DNA of 64,000 nt, taken from Pseudomonadota bacterium (GTDB taxonomy: Bacteria > Pseudomonadota > Alphaproteobacteria > Puniceispirillales > Marisalimonadaceae). The stretch lies in NCBI GenBank assembly GCA_028382005.1, contig JAOESH010000001.1, positions 36,798-100,797 on the forward strand, written 5' to 3'. How positions within the stretch are numbered: the first letter of the stretch is position 1; the number at the start of each line of letters is the position of its first letter. The translations under genes and the position numbers were made by a program. The notes below the pieces were generated by a model, which was not told the origin of the DNA, did no database searches, and saw only the letters and a list, made by a program, of their open reading frames with translations. Positions 51,437-61,700 of this stretch are shown piece by piece.

Positions 51437-51619
51437 CTAAAAATCTGAACATCTTCCAGATTTCTCCCAATCTCCATATCTAGTCGGCTCAGGACCTTTT
51501 GGACCTCCCTGTTCTTTAGGTAAATTTTCGTTTGCAATAGTTTTTTGTACTTCTAAAGTCTTATCATTTGATGGTTTTTTCTCTTTTTGTGTATTTAATT
51601 TTGAAATTTGTTTATCCAT
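51437..51619 (-). CDS. DUF1674 (SDHAF4-like) protein
   Basis: E.GGPKGPEPTRYGDWE..GRCSDF; start set to ATG 51619. Confidence 0.9.
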   Translation of the reverse strand: MDKQISKLNTQKEKKPSNDKTLEVQKTIANENLPKEQGGPKGPEPTRYGDWEKSGRCSDF

Positions 51620-51656
51620 AAGTGTATACTTTCTAATTATCAACCGACTAGATTAT

Positions 51657-51691
51657 ATCTAATCTAATCTAATCTAATCTAATCTAATCTA
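51657..51691. repeat. (ATCTA)7 pentanucleotide tandem repeat
   Basis: Seven perfect copies, followed by degenerate ttcaa-ttcta-atata-atata to 51711. Confidence 0.95.
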
Positions 51692-51740
51692 TTCAATTCT
51701 AATATAATATAATTACTTAAATAAATACAAGGTAGTAGTT

Positions 51741-53120
51741 TTGGCTCAATCTAAGTTCAAGAAAGTTGATATAAAATCAAACAAAAACCCAAGGTTAATT
51801 GCATTAGAAATATGGATTTTAATTTTTTATAATCATAAAAAATTAGAAGATACCATAAATAGCTCTTTTGATTTTAATAAATTAGATAAAAGAGACAGAT
51901 CTTTCGTATATCTTATTTTAAACACATCAATGCGAAGACATAAACAAGCACAAGTAATTTACAATAAACATGCTAAATTTGGAATTAAGAAAAGAAATAG
52001 ATATTTAAATGGCATTCTTACTATTGCTACTGTCCAAGTAATTTGGCTTAAAATAGCTCCATACGCGGTATTAAATGATGCTGTAAACCAAGCAAGAAAG
52101 TTTGGTGGAGAGAATCAATCTAGACTTGTAAATGGCCTTCTAAGAAGCATGCTTGAAAATGAAGAGCAATGGTCAAAGCTCATGCCTGACGAAAAATACA
52201 ATTTGCCTGAATGGCTTTTTAAAAGTTGGGTATCTTCATATGGTGAAAAAAATGTTGAAGAGATAGTCAATATGGCAATGTCTCCTCCACCAATTGATAT
52301 TATAATATCAAACAGAATAACTCAAAAAGATAAACAAGAATTAAAATTAAATCTCTTAGGTGAAGAGATTTTTCCAAATGTTATAAGATGCAATCTTAAC
52401 GGACCTATTGAGAATTTACCTAGATATCTAGATGGAATATGGTGGATACAAGACGCTGCATCTCAAATCCCATGCAACTTACTATTATCACAATTAACAA
52501 ATTATTGTACGAAAGAAGTTGCAGCCTTAAAAATTTTAGACCTATGTTGTGCTCCAGGAGGGAAAACTGCTCAACTTTTAGATAACAATTTAAACGTGAC
52601 ATGTGTTGAAAGAAGTAGATCACGTTCCAAAATATTTCTTGATAATATGAAACGTTTAAATTTTAATCCTGAATTAACAATTGTTAACGCTGAGGATTAT
52701 AATCCAAAGTTCAAACCTGATGTTATCTTAATTGACGCACCTTGTTCGGGCACTGGAACAATTAGAAAAAATCCAGATATTTTTATAAAGCCTGCTCCTA
52801 ATAATCTTGATGATTTACTTTTAACACAAGATAATATTTTAAAAAATGCAGCTAAAATATTAAATAAGAATGGATTTATTATGTATGTAACATGCTCTCT
52901 TCAAAAAATAGAAGGTGAACGCCGAATTGAAAAATTTTTATCAGAACAAAAAAAATTTTCAATTGTTCCATTTAGTAATGAAGATTACCCAATGTTAGAA
53001 AATTGTATAACAAATGAAGGATTTATAAGAATTCTGCCAAATAATTTTAATTTCAATTCTAATAATGTTATAAATGGTTCAGACGGTTTTTTTGTTTCAT
53101 TACTCAAAATGGATAAATAA
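51741..53120 (+). CDS. rsmB: RsmB/Sun 16S rRNA m5C methyltransferase (NusB-like N-domain)
   Basis: LVNGLLR, WIQD.ASQ, DLCCAPGGKT, IDAPCSGTGT.R..PD, YVTCSL. Confidence 0.88.
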   Translation: MAQSKFKKVDIKSNKNPRLIALEIWILIFYNHKKLEDTINSSFDFNKLDKRDRSFVYLILNTSMRRHKQAQVIYNKHAKFGIKKRNRYLNGILTIATVQVIWLKIAPYAVLNDAVNQARKFGGENQSRLVNGLLRSMLENEEQWSKLMPDEKYNLPEWLFKSWVSSYGEKNVEEIVNMAMSPPPIDIIISNRITQKDKQELKLNLLGEEIFPNVIRCNLNGPIENLPRYLDGIWWIQDAASQIPCNLLLSQLTNYCTKEVAALKILDLCCAPGGKTAQLLDNNLNVTCVERSRSRSKIFLDNMKRLNFNPELTIVNAEDYNPKFKPDVILIDAPCSGTGTIRKNPDIFIKPAPNNLDDLLLTQDNILKNAAKILNKNGFIMYVTCSLQKIEGERRIEKFLSEQKKFSIVPFSNEDYPMLENCITNEGFIRILPNNFNFNSNNVINGSDGFFVSLLKMDK

Positions 53121-53124
53121 GTTT

Positions 53125-54669
53125 ATGTTGAACAGTTTAAACTGGATTACAAACAATTATTTCTTAAAACAAAAACTAAGTGTACCTGAATTCAACTCTC
53201 CAATTAGAAAGTTAACAGATAGTTGGCAAGGAATCGCAGTAAATGGGCAAAACATATTAAAAGGAAATATTACACCTAAGACTTCTTTAGATTTTAATAA
53301 ATTTGAGTTTTTACGTGATCTAAAATCAGAAGGAAGTATTAAAGCCAGAACATTAACTAGATCTTTAGTAGAGGGCTGGATTGACGAAGATTATAACTTA
53401 TTATCTAAAGAGTTCAGATCTGAGGCTATAGTTTCAAGGATAACGTCCTGGGGCTTTAACTATTCATGGTTTGCTGAGAGTGGCAAACTTCATTTTCAAA
53501 AAAAACTATTACATTCTATTGCGTTACAAACAAAATATCTTGAGTTGAAACTTACAAATTCTAAAACCCATCTTGAAAAGATAATTATAATTAAAGGTAT
53601 TATTGTAGGAAAATCAATATTATATAAAGAAATAGAAAATATTTACGGTTTATTGGATTTATTAGAAGATGAAATCCAATTTTTAATTAACCCCGATGGA
53701 GGTCATAAAACTAGAAGCCCTGTTCTACAAATAGAATTATTAAGACATTTAATTGAAATTAGATCTGTAGTAGCAATTTTAAAAAATATAGATGCACAAA
53801 ATTTAAATAAAAAAACTATTAAAATGGGTCAATTTTGTAGAAGTTTCCAAATGCCAAATGGCTTTTTCTCGTGGTTTCATGGTGGGTCAATAGTTTCTCA
53901 AGATATGATAAAACAAACTTTAGGAAGAATTGGCTATAAAAACAATGTTTTTAATATAGCTGAAGACACTGGCTTTTGTAGAATATCAAATATAAATTCA
54001 TTAATGTTTATAGATATTGGGTCCAAAGAAAACACTAGCGATGATACTAAGGCCAGTTTGTTTGCTTTTGAATTTTTTTACCAAAAACATAAATTAATTT
54101 CTAATTTAGGTGAGATAGTTAATTCAAAATTAAGACACGCAAAAAACTCTTTAGCCTCGTCTGCAGCACATTCGACTTTAAATATTGATGATCGAAATAA
54201 TATTGACTTAAGTGGCGTTAGAAAAACTAAAGTATTTAATATAAAATATGGCAAAACTAAGGATGGAAACTTATTAGATGTTACCCATTCAGGTTATGAA
54301 TTAATTTATGGAGTATTTCATAGAAGACAAATATATGTTGCTCAAAAAAAACCAGAAATTATAGGAAGAGACGAAATTATCAATGTCGAGAACATTGGCT
54401 CTATTCCCAAAAGTGCTAATATACGCTTTCATGTTTATCCTGGAATTAAACTTATAGAAACCAGGGATGGTTCAATATTATTGAATCATAAAAAGGGCTT
54501 TGTATGGAAATTAAGTGCTGAAAATCAAAATATTTCTACTCAAGATTCTGTTATGTTTACTCCAAAAGGATTACTCCCATGTAAACAAATAGTCATCAAT
54601 GTCAAACTTGACAAAATCAGAGCTTATAAAACCATTGCATGTAATTGGTTATTTCAACTACAAAAATAA
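53125..54669 (+). CDS. Heparinase II/III-like protein
   Basis: DGGHKTRSP, AFEF, SAAHSTL, HSGY...G..HRR, RFHVYP; rsmB-X-purH synteny; start set to ATG 53125. Confidence 0.75.
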   Translation: MLNSLNWITNNYFLKQKLSVPEFNSPIRKLTDSWQGIAVNGQNILKGNITPKTSLDFNKFEFLRDLKSEGSIKARTLTRSLVEGWIDEDYNLLSKEFRSEAIVSRITSWGFNYSWFAESGKLHFQKKLLHSIALQTKYLELKLTNSKTHLEKIIIIKGIIVGKSILYKEIENIYGLLDLLEDEIQFLINPDGGHKTRSPVLQIELLRHLIEIRSVVAILKNIDAQNLNKKTIKMGQFCRSFQMPNGFFSWFHGGSIVSQDMIKQTLGRIGYKNNVFNIAEDTGFCRISNINSLMFIDIGSKENTSDDTKASLFAFEFFYQKHKLISNLGEIVNSKLRHAKNSLASSAAHSTLNIDDRNNIDLSGVRKTKVFNIKYGKTKDGNLLDVTHSGYELIYGVFHRRQIYVAQKKPEIIGRDEIINVENIGSIPKSANIRFHVYPGIKLIETRDGSILLNHKKGFVWKLSAENQNISTQDSVMFTPKGLLPCKQIVINVKLDKIRAYKTIACNWLFQLQK

Positions 54670-54744
54670 ATTTTAGTTGACTTGCATTAGTAAAAGAAAC
54701 TATCTCAAACGTATCTTATTTAAATCGTAGATTGGTCAAGAAAA

Positions 54745-56355
54745 ATGAATGAACCATTTGAAAATAAAATTTTTATTAAAGACACAAAAATTAAAAGAGC
54801 TCTCATATCTGTTACTGATAAAAAAGGAATTGACGTACTTGCCAAGGAATTAATTACTTTAAACATTGAAATTTTATCTACTGGAGGAACTGCGCGATTT
54901 CTTCATGAAAATGGAATATCAGTAAAGGACGTTTCAGAAGAAACAAGGTTTCCAGAAATATTAAATGGAAGAGTCAAAACATTGCACCCTAATATTCATG
55001 GAGGGATTCTTGGAAGAAGAAATAATTCTAATCATATAAATGAAATGGAAAAACATAATATTATTGGAATTGATCTATTAATTATTAATTTATATAAATT
55101 CAAAGAAACTATCCAAAAAACTAATGATGACTGTGAAATCATTGAAAACATTGATATTGGTGGGCCTGCGATGATAAGGGCTGGCGCTAAAAACCATGAA
55201 TTTATTTCCATTATAACTGATATTGATGATTACCCAGAACTATTAAGTCAGCTAAAACATAGTGGATCTACCACATATACTTTCAGAAAATATCTAGCTG
55301 GAAAAGCTTTTAAACTAACTAATGAATATGATTTAGCAATTTATAATTGGTTTAATGGGGATAAAAAAGAACATACTCAATTACCTGAAACAATTTCTAT
55401 AGAACTACAAAAAAATTTACCAATGAGATACGGAGAGAATCCTCACCAAAATGCAGCATTTTATAAGACTGTGGACACAAGAATTGGAGCCGCTCAATCA
55501 AAAAAACTTCACGGAAAAGAACTTTCTTATAACAATATAAATGATACAGACGCTGCTTTTGAACTTATACGCGAATTTGATTTGCCTGCTGTAGCAATTA
55601 TAAAGCACGCTAATCCATGTGGAGTTTCTGAAAACCTTGATATAAATTTAGCATGGGAAAATGCTCTTCAAACTGATCCTATAAGTGCATTCGGAGGTAT
55701 TGTTGCCATTAATAGAGAGTTAAGCGCCGCTTTGGCAAATAAGATGAAAACACTATTTTTAGAGGTTATTATTGCACCCACAATTTCTGATGAAGCCCTA
55801 AAAATTTTTGAAGACAAACCAAATGTAAGAATCTTAATGTCTGGGAAGATTTCCAACCCACAAGATGACAGCTTAAGTATGAAATCTATATCTGGGGGCA
55901 TGCTTGTACAAACTCGCGATAATCATAAAATTACAAAAGAAGATTTGAAAGTTGTTACTAAAAAAACACCTAATCAAGATCAAATAAATAACCTTCTTTT
56001 TGCTTGGAAAGTAGCAAAACATACAAAATCAAATGCAATAATCTATGCAAAGAATTTACAAACCGCAGGCATTGGTGCTGGCCAGATGAGTAGAATTGAT
56101 TCTACAAATATTGCTAATGAGAAAGCAAAAAAATCAGCGGCTATATCTAATTTAAATGAACCTCTTACAGTAGGAAGCGTAGTAGCTAGTGATGCTTTTT
56201 TTCCCTTCCCAGACGGTTTAATTGCAGCTGCTGATGCCGGTGTTACAGCTGTAATTCAGCCAGGAGGGTCAATCAAAGATCAAGAAGTAATTGATGCAGC
56301 AAATGATAGAGGTCTTGTAATGGTTTTTACTTCAATTAGACATTTTAAACATTAA
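54745..56355 (+). CDS. purH: Bifunctional AICAR transformylase/IMP cyclohydrolase
   Basis: ALISVTDK, GRVKTLHP, IDIGGP, RYGENPHQ, ASDAFFPF, RHFKH. Confidence 0.97.
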   Translation: MNEPFENKIFIKDTKIKRALISVTDKKGIDVLAKELITLNIEILSTGGTARFLHENGISVKDVSEETRFPEILNGRVKTLHPNIHGGILGRRNNSNHINEMEKHNIIGIDLLIINLYKFKETIQKTNDDCEIIENIDIGGPAMIRAGAKNHEFISIITDIDDYPELLSQLKHSGSTTYTFRKYLAGKAFKLTNEYDLAIYNWFNGDKKEHTQLPETISIELQKNLPMRYGENPHQNAAFYKTVDTRIGAAQSKKLHGKELSYNNINDTDAAFELIREFDLPAVAIIKHANPCGVSENLDINLAWENALQTDPISAFGGIVAINRELSAALANKMKTLFLEVIIAPTISDEALKIFEDKPNVRILMSGKISNPQDDSLSMKSISGGMLVQTRDNHKITKEDLKVVTKKTPNQDQINNLLFAWKVAKHTKSNAIIYAKNLQTAGIGAGQMSRIDSTNIANEKAKKSAAISNLNEPLTVGSVVASDAFFPFPDGLIAAADAGVTAVIQPGGSIKDQEVIDAANDRGLVMVFTSIRHFKH

Positions 56356-56359
56356 CTCA

Positions 56360-57466
56360 TTATTTAACAATTTCTTCTTCAAAAACATCTAGTATTTTTT
56401 TGATTAAACTTGGTTTAGCTAGTTTATTAAGCTCTGTTTTCTTAACGAACCTATATTTTTTATCGATAATTAAATTATTCAATGTGCTCTTTTTAATTCT
56501 AAAAAAAACTAGGGTACAATTTAATTTAAAATGTGAAAAAATATGATTAATTTTTTTTTCAAGTATTTCCCAATTAAGATTAAATAAGGCCAGTTCTTTT
56601 GAAATTATTTTAGGAGAACTTTCCAGTTTTTTGTTTTCTTCATTCCAACCTATGGAAGGCAAAACGTCCATATTGGCAAATATACCCTCGTTTTTATTAG
56701 TACTAAATAAAATAGATCCTTCATCATCCATTAACAAATAGAACACTCCATATCTTTGTTTCTTATTTTTTTTTGGTAACCTTTTAGGGTACATAGCTGC
56801 ATTGGGTGTTCCTCCTAATTTGCATGTAGAAATTATTGGGCAAATTTGACATCTGGGAGCCTTAGGAATACATACTGAAGACCCTAAATCCATAAGAGCT
56901 TGAGCATAGTCTCCATTTCTTTTGCACGGTAAATACTTTTTAGACAAAGTTCTAATTTTTTGTTTAGATAACTCTAAAGGTTCTTCTATTTTATATAATC
57001 TTGAGAAAATTCTTTCTATATTACCGTCTACAACATTTGATTTTGTATCGTATGCAATGGCTGAAATTGCAGCAGCAGTATATTCTCCAATACCAGGAAA
57101 TGTTAACAAAACATCTTCATCATTAGGTATTATACCGTTATGTTGTTTAACTAAAATTTTTGCTGTTTCATGCAAATTTTTTGCTCTCCTGTAGTAACCT
57201 AAACCAGCCCATAACGAAGAAACTTCGTTAAAATCAGCTTGAGCTAGATCGATTATTTTAGGCCATTTATTGATAAATCTTATAAAATACGGAATAACTG
57301 TTGTAACTACAGTTTGCTGTAGCATGATTTCTGATAATAAAACAAAATATGGGTTTGAGCTTGCACCAGGTGCTGCTCTCCAAGGCAAATCTCTTCTGCT
57401 AACATCATACCAATCTAATAATTCATTAGAAAACTGTTTATATTTATCTTCATTTTTCTTACGCAT
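56360..57466 (-). CDS. mutY: A/G-specific adenine glycosylase
   Basis: RDLPWR, SEIMLQQT, WAGLGYYRRA, HhH PGIGEYTA, VDGN, Fe-S C-x6-C-x2-C-x5-C. Confidence 0.94.
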   Translation of the reverse strand: MRKKNEDKYKQFSNELLDWYDVSRRDLPWRAAPGASSNPYFVLLSEIMLQQTVVTTVIPYFIRFINKWPKIIDLAQADFNEVSSLWAGLGYYRRAKNLHETAKILVKQHNGIIPNDEDVLLTFPGIGEYTAAAISAIAYDTKSNVVDGNIERIFSRLYKIEEPLELSKQKIRTLSKKYLPCKRNGDYAQALMDLGSSVCIPKAPRCQICPIISTCKLGGTPNAAMYPKRLPKKNKKQRYGVFYLLMDDEGSILFSTNKNEGIFANMDVLPSIGWNEENKKLESSPKIISKELALFNLNWEILEKKINHIFSHFKLNCTLVFFRIKKSTLNNLIIDKKYRFVKKTELNKLAKPSLIKKILDVFEEEIVK

Positions 57467-57518
57467 AAATGTATGTATATATTATATAAAATTATTTAAA
57501 AAATTAATTAATTACTTT

Positions 57519-57977
57519 ATGATTCTAAAAATGAAACCTCTCGTGAAAATTACAGAGAATATTGTTGAAAAAAGTGTTAGTAGGCTTGGAGCTATTCAAA
57601 CACATATTTTTTTAAACTGGAAAAATATAGCTGGGCAATATGCTGATGTAACATTCCCAGATAAAATTAAATTTGACAAAAAGAAAAATAGTGAAGGTCT
57701 GATAATTATAAAAGTACAAAACGGCTTTGGCCCTGAAATACAGCTTGCGATTCCATTTTTATTAAACCAAATTAATTCTCGGTTTGGATATAAAGCAATT
57801 ATGAAAATTAAAATTGTACAAATAGATTTGGGTTATGTTCACGTTAATAATGATCATAACGTAACTATAGAAAATACTTTAATTGATAAAGATAATTTAA
57901 TTTCAAGTAATTTACCTGATGGAGAACTTAAATTAGCAATGCAGGAATTCGAAATATCACGTAAACTAAAAAAATAA
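57519..57977 (+). CDS. DUF721/DciA family protein
   Basis: W.NIAG..A....P.KI, LL.QIN..FGY.AI..IKI.Q; mutY-X-dsbA-smc synteny. The track's 57270 start overlaps mutY, so the real start is probably 57519 or 57531. Confidence 0.75.
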   Translation: MILKMKPLVKITENIVEKSVSRLGAIQTHIFLNWKNIAGQYADVTFPDKIKFDKKKNSEGLIIIKVQNGFGPEIQLAIPFLLNQINSRFGYKAIMKIKIVQIDLGYVHVNNDHNVTIENTLIDKDNLISSNLPDGELKLAMQEFEISRKLKK

Positions 57978-58050
57978 AGTTGATCAATAAAAACTCTTAT
58001 TTTATTGTCTGCTATTTAGTGTATAAAGTTTATGAATTGATCAATAAATT

Positions 58051-58704
58051 ATGAAAGTTAGTATTTTGAATAAAACATTTAAATTAAAAAGAAGAGAGTT
58101 TTTTCTAGGTATCCTAGCTTTAAGCTCTTTTCCAAAAATGGCTTTATCAGATCCATCGACTATAAAACATATGATGAGGTCACAATTTCTAGGTTCAGAT
58201 GACGCTCCAATTAAAATCAAAGAGTATTTTTCTTTAACTTGTGGGCACTGTGCTAATTTTCACAAAAATACTCTTCCTAGACTAAAGAATAAATATATAG
58301 ATAAAGGCAAAATACAATTAGAATTTGTAGACTATCCACTCGATAGATTGGCTGTAATCGCAGCAGCTCTTGCAAGGACTTTGCCAAGTGATGAAGGTTA
58401 TGTGAAAGCTATAGATATTTTATTACAAAAGCAAAAGCAGTGGGCCTATTCAAAGAAACCTCTTGAAGGATTGTATTCCATAGCCAAATTATTTGGTGTT
58501 TCATCAAAGGAGTTTGATGAAATAAAGAAAAATATACCTCTTATGCAAGAAATTATAAATAGAATGGAAGAAGAATCTAAAAATTTTAATATAGAATCTA
58601 CTCCTACATTTATTATTAACAATGAACATAAAATTTCTGGTGCTTTATCATTTAAAGAATTTGAAAACAAGCTTTTAACATTAGTAAAAGCAAAGAATTC
58701 ATAA
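58051..58704 (+). CDS. DsbA-family thioredoxin-fold protein
   Basis: Twin-Arg-like KRREFFL leader, EYFSLTCGHCANFH, cis-Pro STPTF. Confidence 0.88.
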   Translation: MKVSILNKTFKLKRREFFLGILALSSFPKMALSDPSTIKHMMRSQFLGSDDAPIKIKEYFSLTCGHCANFHKNTLPRLKNKYIDKGKIQLEFVDYPLDRLAVIAAALARTLPSDEGYVKAIDILLQKQKQWAYSKKPLEGLYSIAKLFGVSSKEFDEIKKNIPLMQEIINRMEEESKNFNIESTPTFIINNEHKISGALSFKEFENKLLTLVKAKNS

Positions 58705-58722
58705 ATTATAAAAGGATGAATA

Positions 58723-61700
58723 ATGAAATTCCAATCCGTTAGAATTTCTGGATTTAAATCGTTTTTAGAACCTGCTGAAATTCAAATTAATGATGGCTTA
58801 ACTGGGGTTGTAGGTCCTAATGGGTGCGGCAAATCCAATATTGTAGAAGCTATAAAATGGATTATGGGGGAAAACTCTGCACGACAAATGCGTGGCGATG
58901 GAATGGATGATGTTATTTTTGCGGGTACAAATGAAAGGCCCGCTCGAAATTTTGCAGAAGTTAGTATCAAACTTGATAACTCAGAAAAAAAGGCTCCTGC
59001 AATATTTAATCATCACAACGAAATTGAAATAACACGTAAAATAGAACGAGAAAAAGGCTCAGTTTATAGAGTTAACGGCAAACAAGTAAGAGCTAGAGAC
59101 ATCCAACTCATTTTTGCTGATAGTGGAACTGGAGCTCGATCTTCCGGTATAGTTAGTCAAGGTAGGATTGCACAAATTATAGATGCAAATCCAGAAGATA
59201 GAAGAATGATATTAGAAGAAGCAGCTAATATTAAAGGCTTACATAGTAGACGGCATGAAGCTGAACTTAAGCTAAAAGGTGCGAGTGATAATTTAGATAG
59301 ATTAGTTGATATAGAACAAAACTATAAACAACAATTAATAGAATTAGAAAAACAAGGTAGGAAAGCTGCTAGATATAAGTCTGTTGGAGAAAGAATAAGA
59401 AAAGCTGAGGCAACATTATTTTTAACTTTATTAAACAATGCAAAAATAGAATTTAATGATTTAAATATTCAACTGAACGACGCTAATGAAAATGTTGATG
59501 GAGGGCAAATTGAGGCCACTAGGCAAACAAAGTTTCAATTAGAGATATTAAACAAGATACCAACCTTAAAAAAAGTTGAGGCTGAAAAAGCGGCAATTTT
59601 GCAAAGTTTAAATATAACTAAAATTAGATTAGAAGAAGAAAAATCTTCTGCACAGAATGCTTTGGATAGTATTACAGGCCAAATAGCTTTAATAAAAAAT
59701 GATATTGAAAGAGAGTTTAAAATAAAGGAAGATGCAAAGACATCACTTTTGAACCTCACAATAGAAGAAAAAAATTTAAAAGAAGGTACTAAAAATTTTT
59801 CATCAAAGATAAGCAAAGCTTCAGAACTTGTTAAAGAACTTAAAATCAAATCTGACGATGCTGATGAAAAACTATCTACTATTACATCTAAAATCTATTC
59901 AATAAAGTCAGATAAGTCAGACCTAGAAAAGCGAATTAAAAATTTAAAAGAAAAAATTGAAACAGCTCAAAATCAATTAACTAATTTAAATATTGATCAT
60001 GACAAAACTAACTTTAAATTAGATGAAAAAAAATTAACTGACATAAAAAAACTTATTAAGGAAAACGAAAAGTTAAGTAACATGAACAAGGGTGAATTAG
60101 AAAAATTAGAAAAACTAGAAACAGGATTTATAGAAGAAAAGAACTTAACAATGTTTGAAGTTAATAAAGTGAATGCAGAACTAGATTCACTTTCATCATT
60201 ATTAGGTTATGATTCTCTTAACCAAAACACCTTGGAAAAAACGATTGATAATATTAATAATCTTGAAGAAGCTATAGGATCAGTTTTAGGAGAAACATTA
60301 TTGGCTCCAATATTTTCTAAGGAAAATGCTGAAGAAAAGACTACTTACTGGAGAGACGACTTTAAAGCAACATTAACTTCAGAATTACCAGAACATATTA
60401 CACCCATAATTTCTAAAACTACTAAATCTTCAATCTTAGATAGAGCGTTGACTGGCGTTGGAATTGTTGAAAATAAAGAAATTGCTTTCAAACTTCAAAA
60501 AGAATTAACTTTTGGTCAAGCTTTAACAACTCCAAAGGGAGGACTGTGGAGATGGGATGGGTTTGTTCAACCCCAAGGAGTTCAAAACAGTTATTCTGAG
60601 AGATTACAACAAATTGCAAGATTAAGGTTTTTGCAGAACGAGCTACCATTTTTAGAAAAAAAACAATATTCAATTGAAAATAAACTAGAAACGAGTATTA
60701 ATAATACTGAAAAATGTAGGGAAAATATTTCAAACTTACAAATTAAATTATCTAATTTGATAGCACAATCCAACGAATTAGAGTTACAAAATACCAAACT
60801 TGAATCAAAGCTGTCATCATCTGAAATTTTAATTAAAGAACTAAAAAATACTGAATTTACATCAAAAAAAGAATTAAGCGAGCTTGAAAAAGAGTTCAAC
60901 AATTCTATTAATTTACCGTCAATACTTGCTGAAGAACTTAAAGTTAGAAACAATGTAGATCAGTGTAGGAGTGAATTAACTGATGCAATGGCTGGAGAAC
61001 AACAAATCAAGAGTGAGGAAAGTTTTCAATCACGAAACCTTATCCAGATTGGTAATCAAAAAGAAAATTGGAAAGTAAGAGAAGAAGAAGCTAAAACAAG
61101 ATTAATATTACTTGAAGAAAGACTTAAAATTTCTCAAGATGAAAACAATAGATTGTCAACACTTCCTAATAGTTTTGCAAAAAAAGAAGAAGAGTTAAAT
61201 ATTAAACTTGAAAATGCTGTTAGAAATAGAAATATAGCAGCAGACGAATTAGTAAAAAATGAGACGAGTTTAAGCCAAGCTAATAAGTTAGTAAGAGAAG
61301 GTGAAAAAACAGTTTCTTCACTTAGAGAAGAAATGATAAAAATTGAATCTTTACTTAACCTGTCCAAAACAAAAATTCAAAACATCGAAGATCGAGTGTT
61401 TGAAAAGTTAAGAATAAAATCAGATGAGTTAAATAAAATAATTAATATTAAGGAAGAAGATCAAATCTATAAATCTGTAGAAGTTTTGGAGAAAACTGTT
61501 CAACGCCTTCTTAACGAGAGAGAAATACTTGGTGCTGTTAATCTTAGGGCTGAGGAAGAGATGAAGGAAATGCAAAGTAAAATTGAAGTTATGTTAAAAG
61601 AAAGAATCGATTTAGAGCAAGCTATTGTCAAACTCAGAAGTGGAATTTTTGAACTTAACAAAGAAGGAAGAAGTAGACTAAAAGAGAGTTTTGAAGAAGT

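Noticed and set aside
51657-51711. CRISPR array
   Set aside because: 5-bp tandem units without spacers, and no cas genes in the window
57270-57518. N-terminal extension of the DUF721 ORF
   Set aside because: Mostly antisense overlap with mutY with no family-like sequence; a downstream ATG is more plausible
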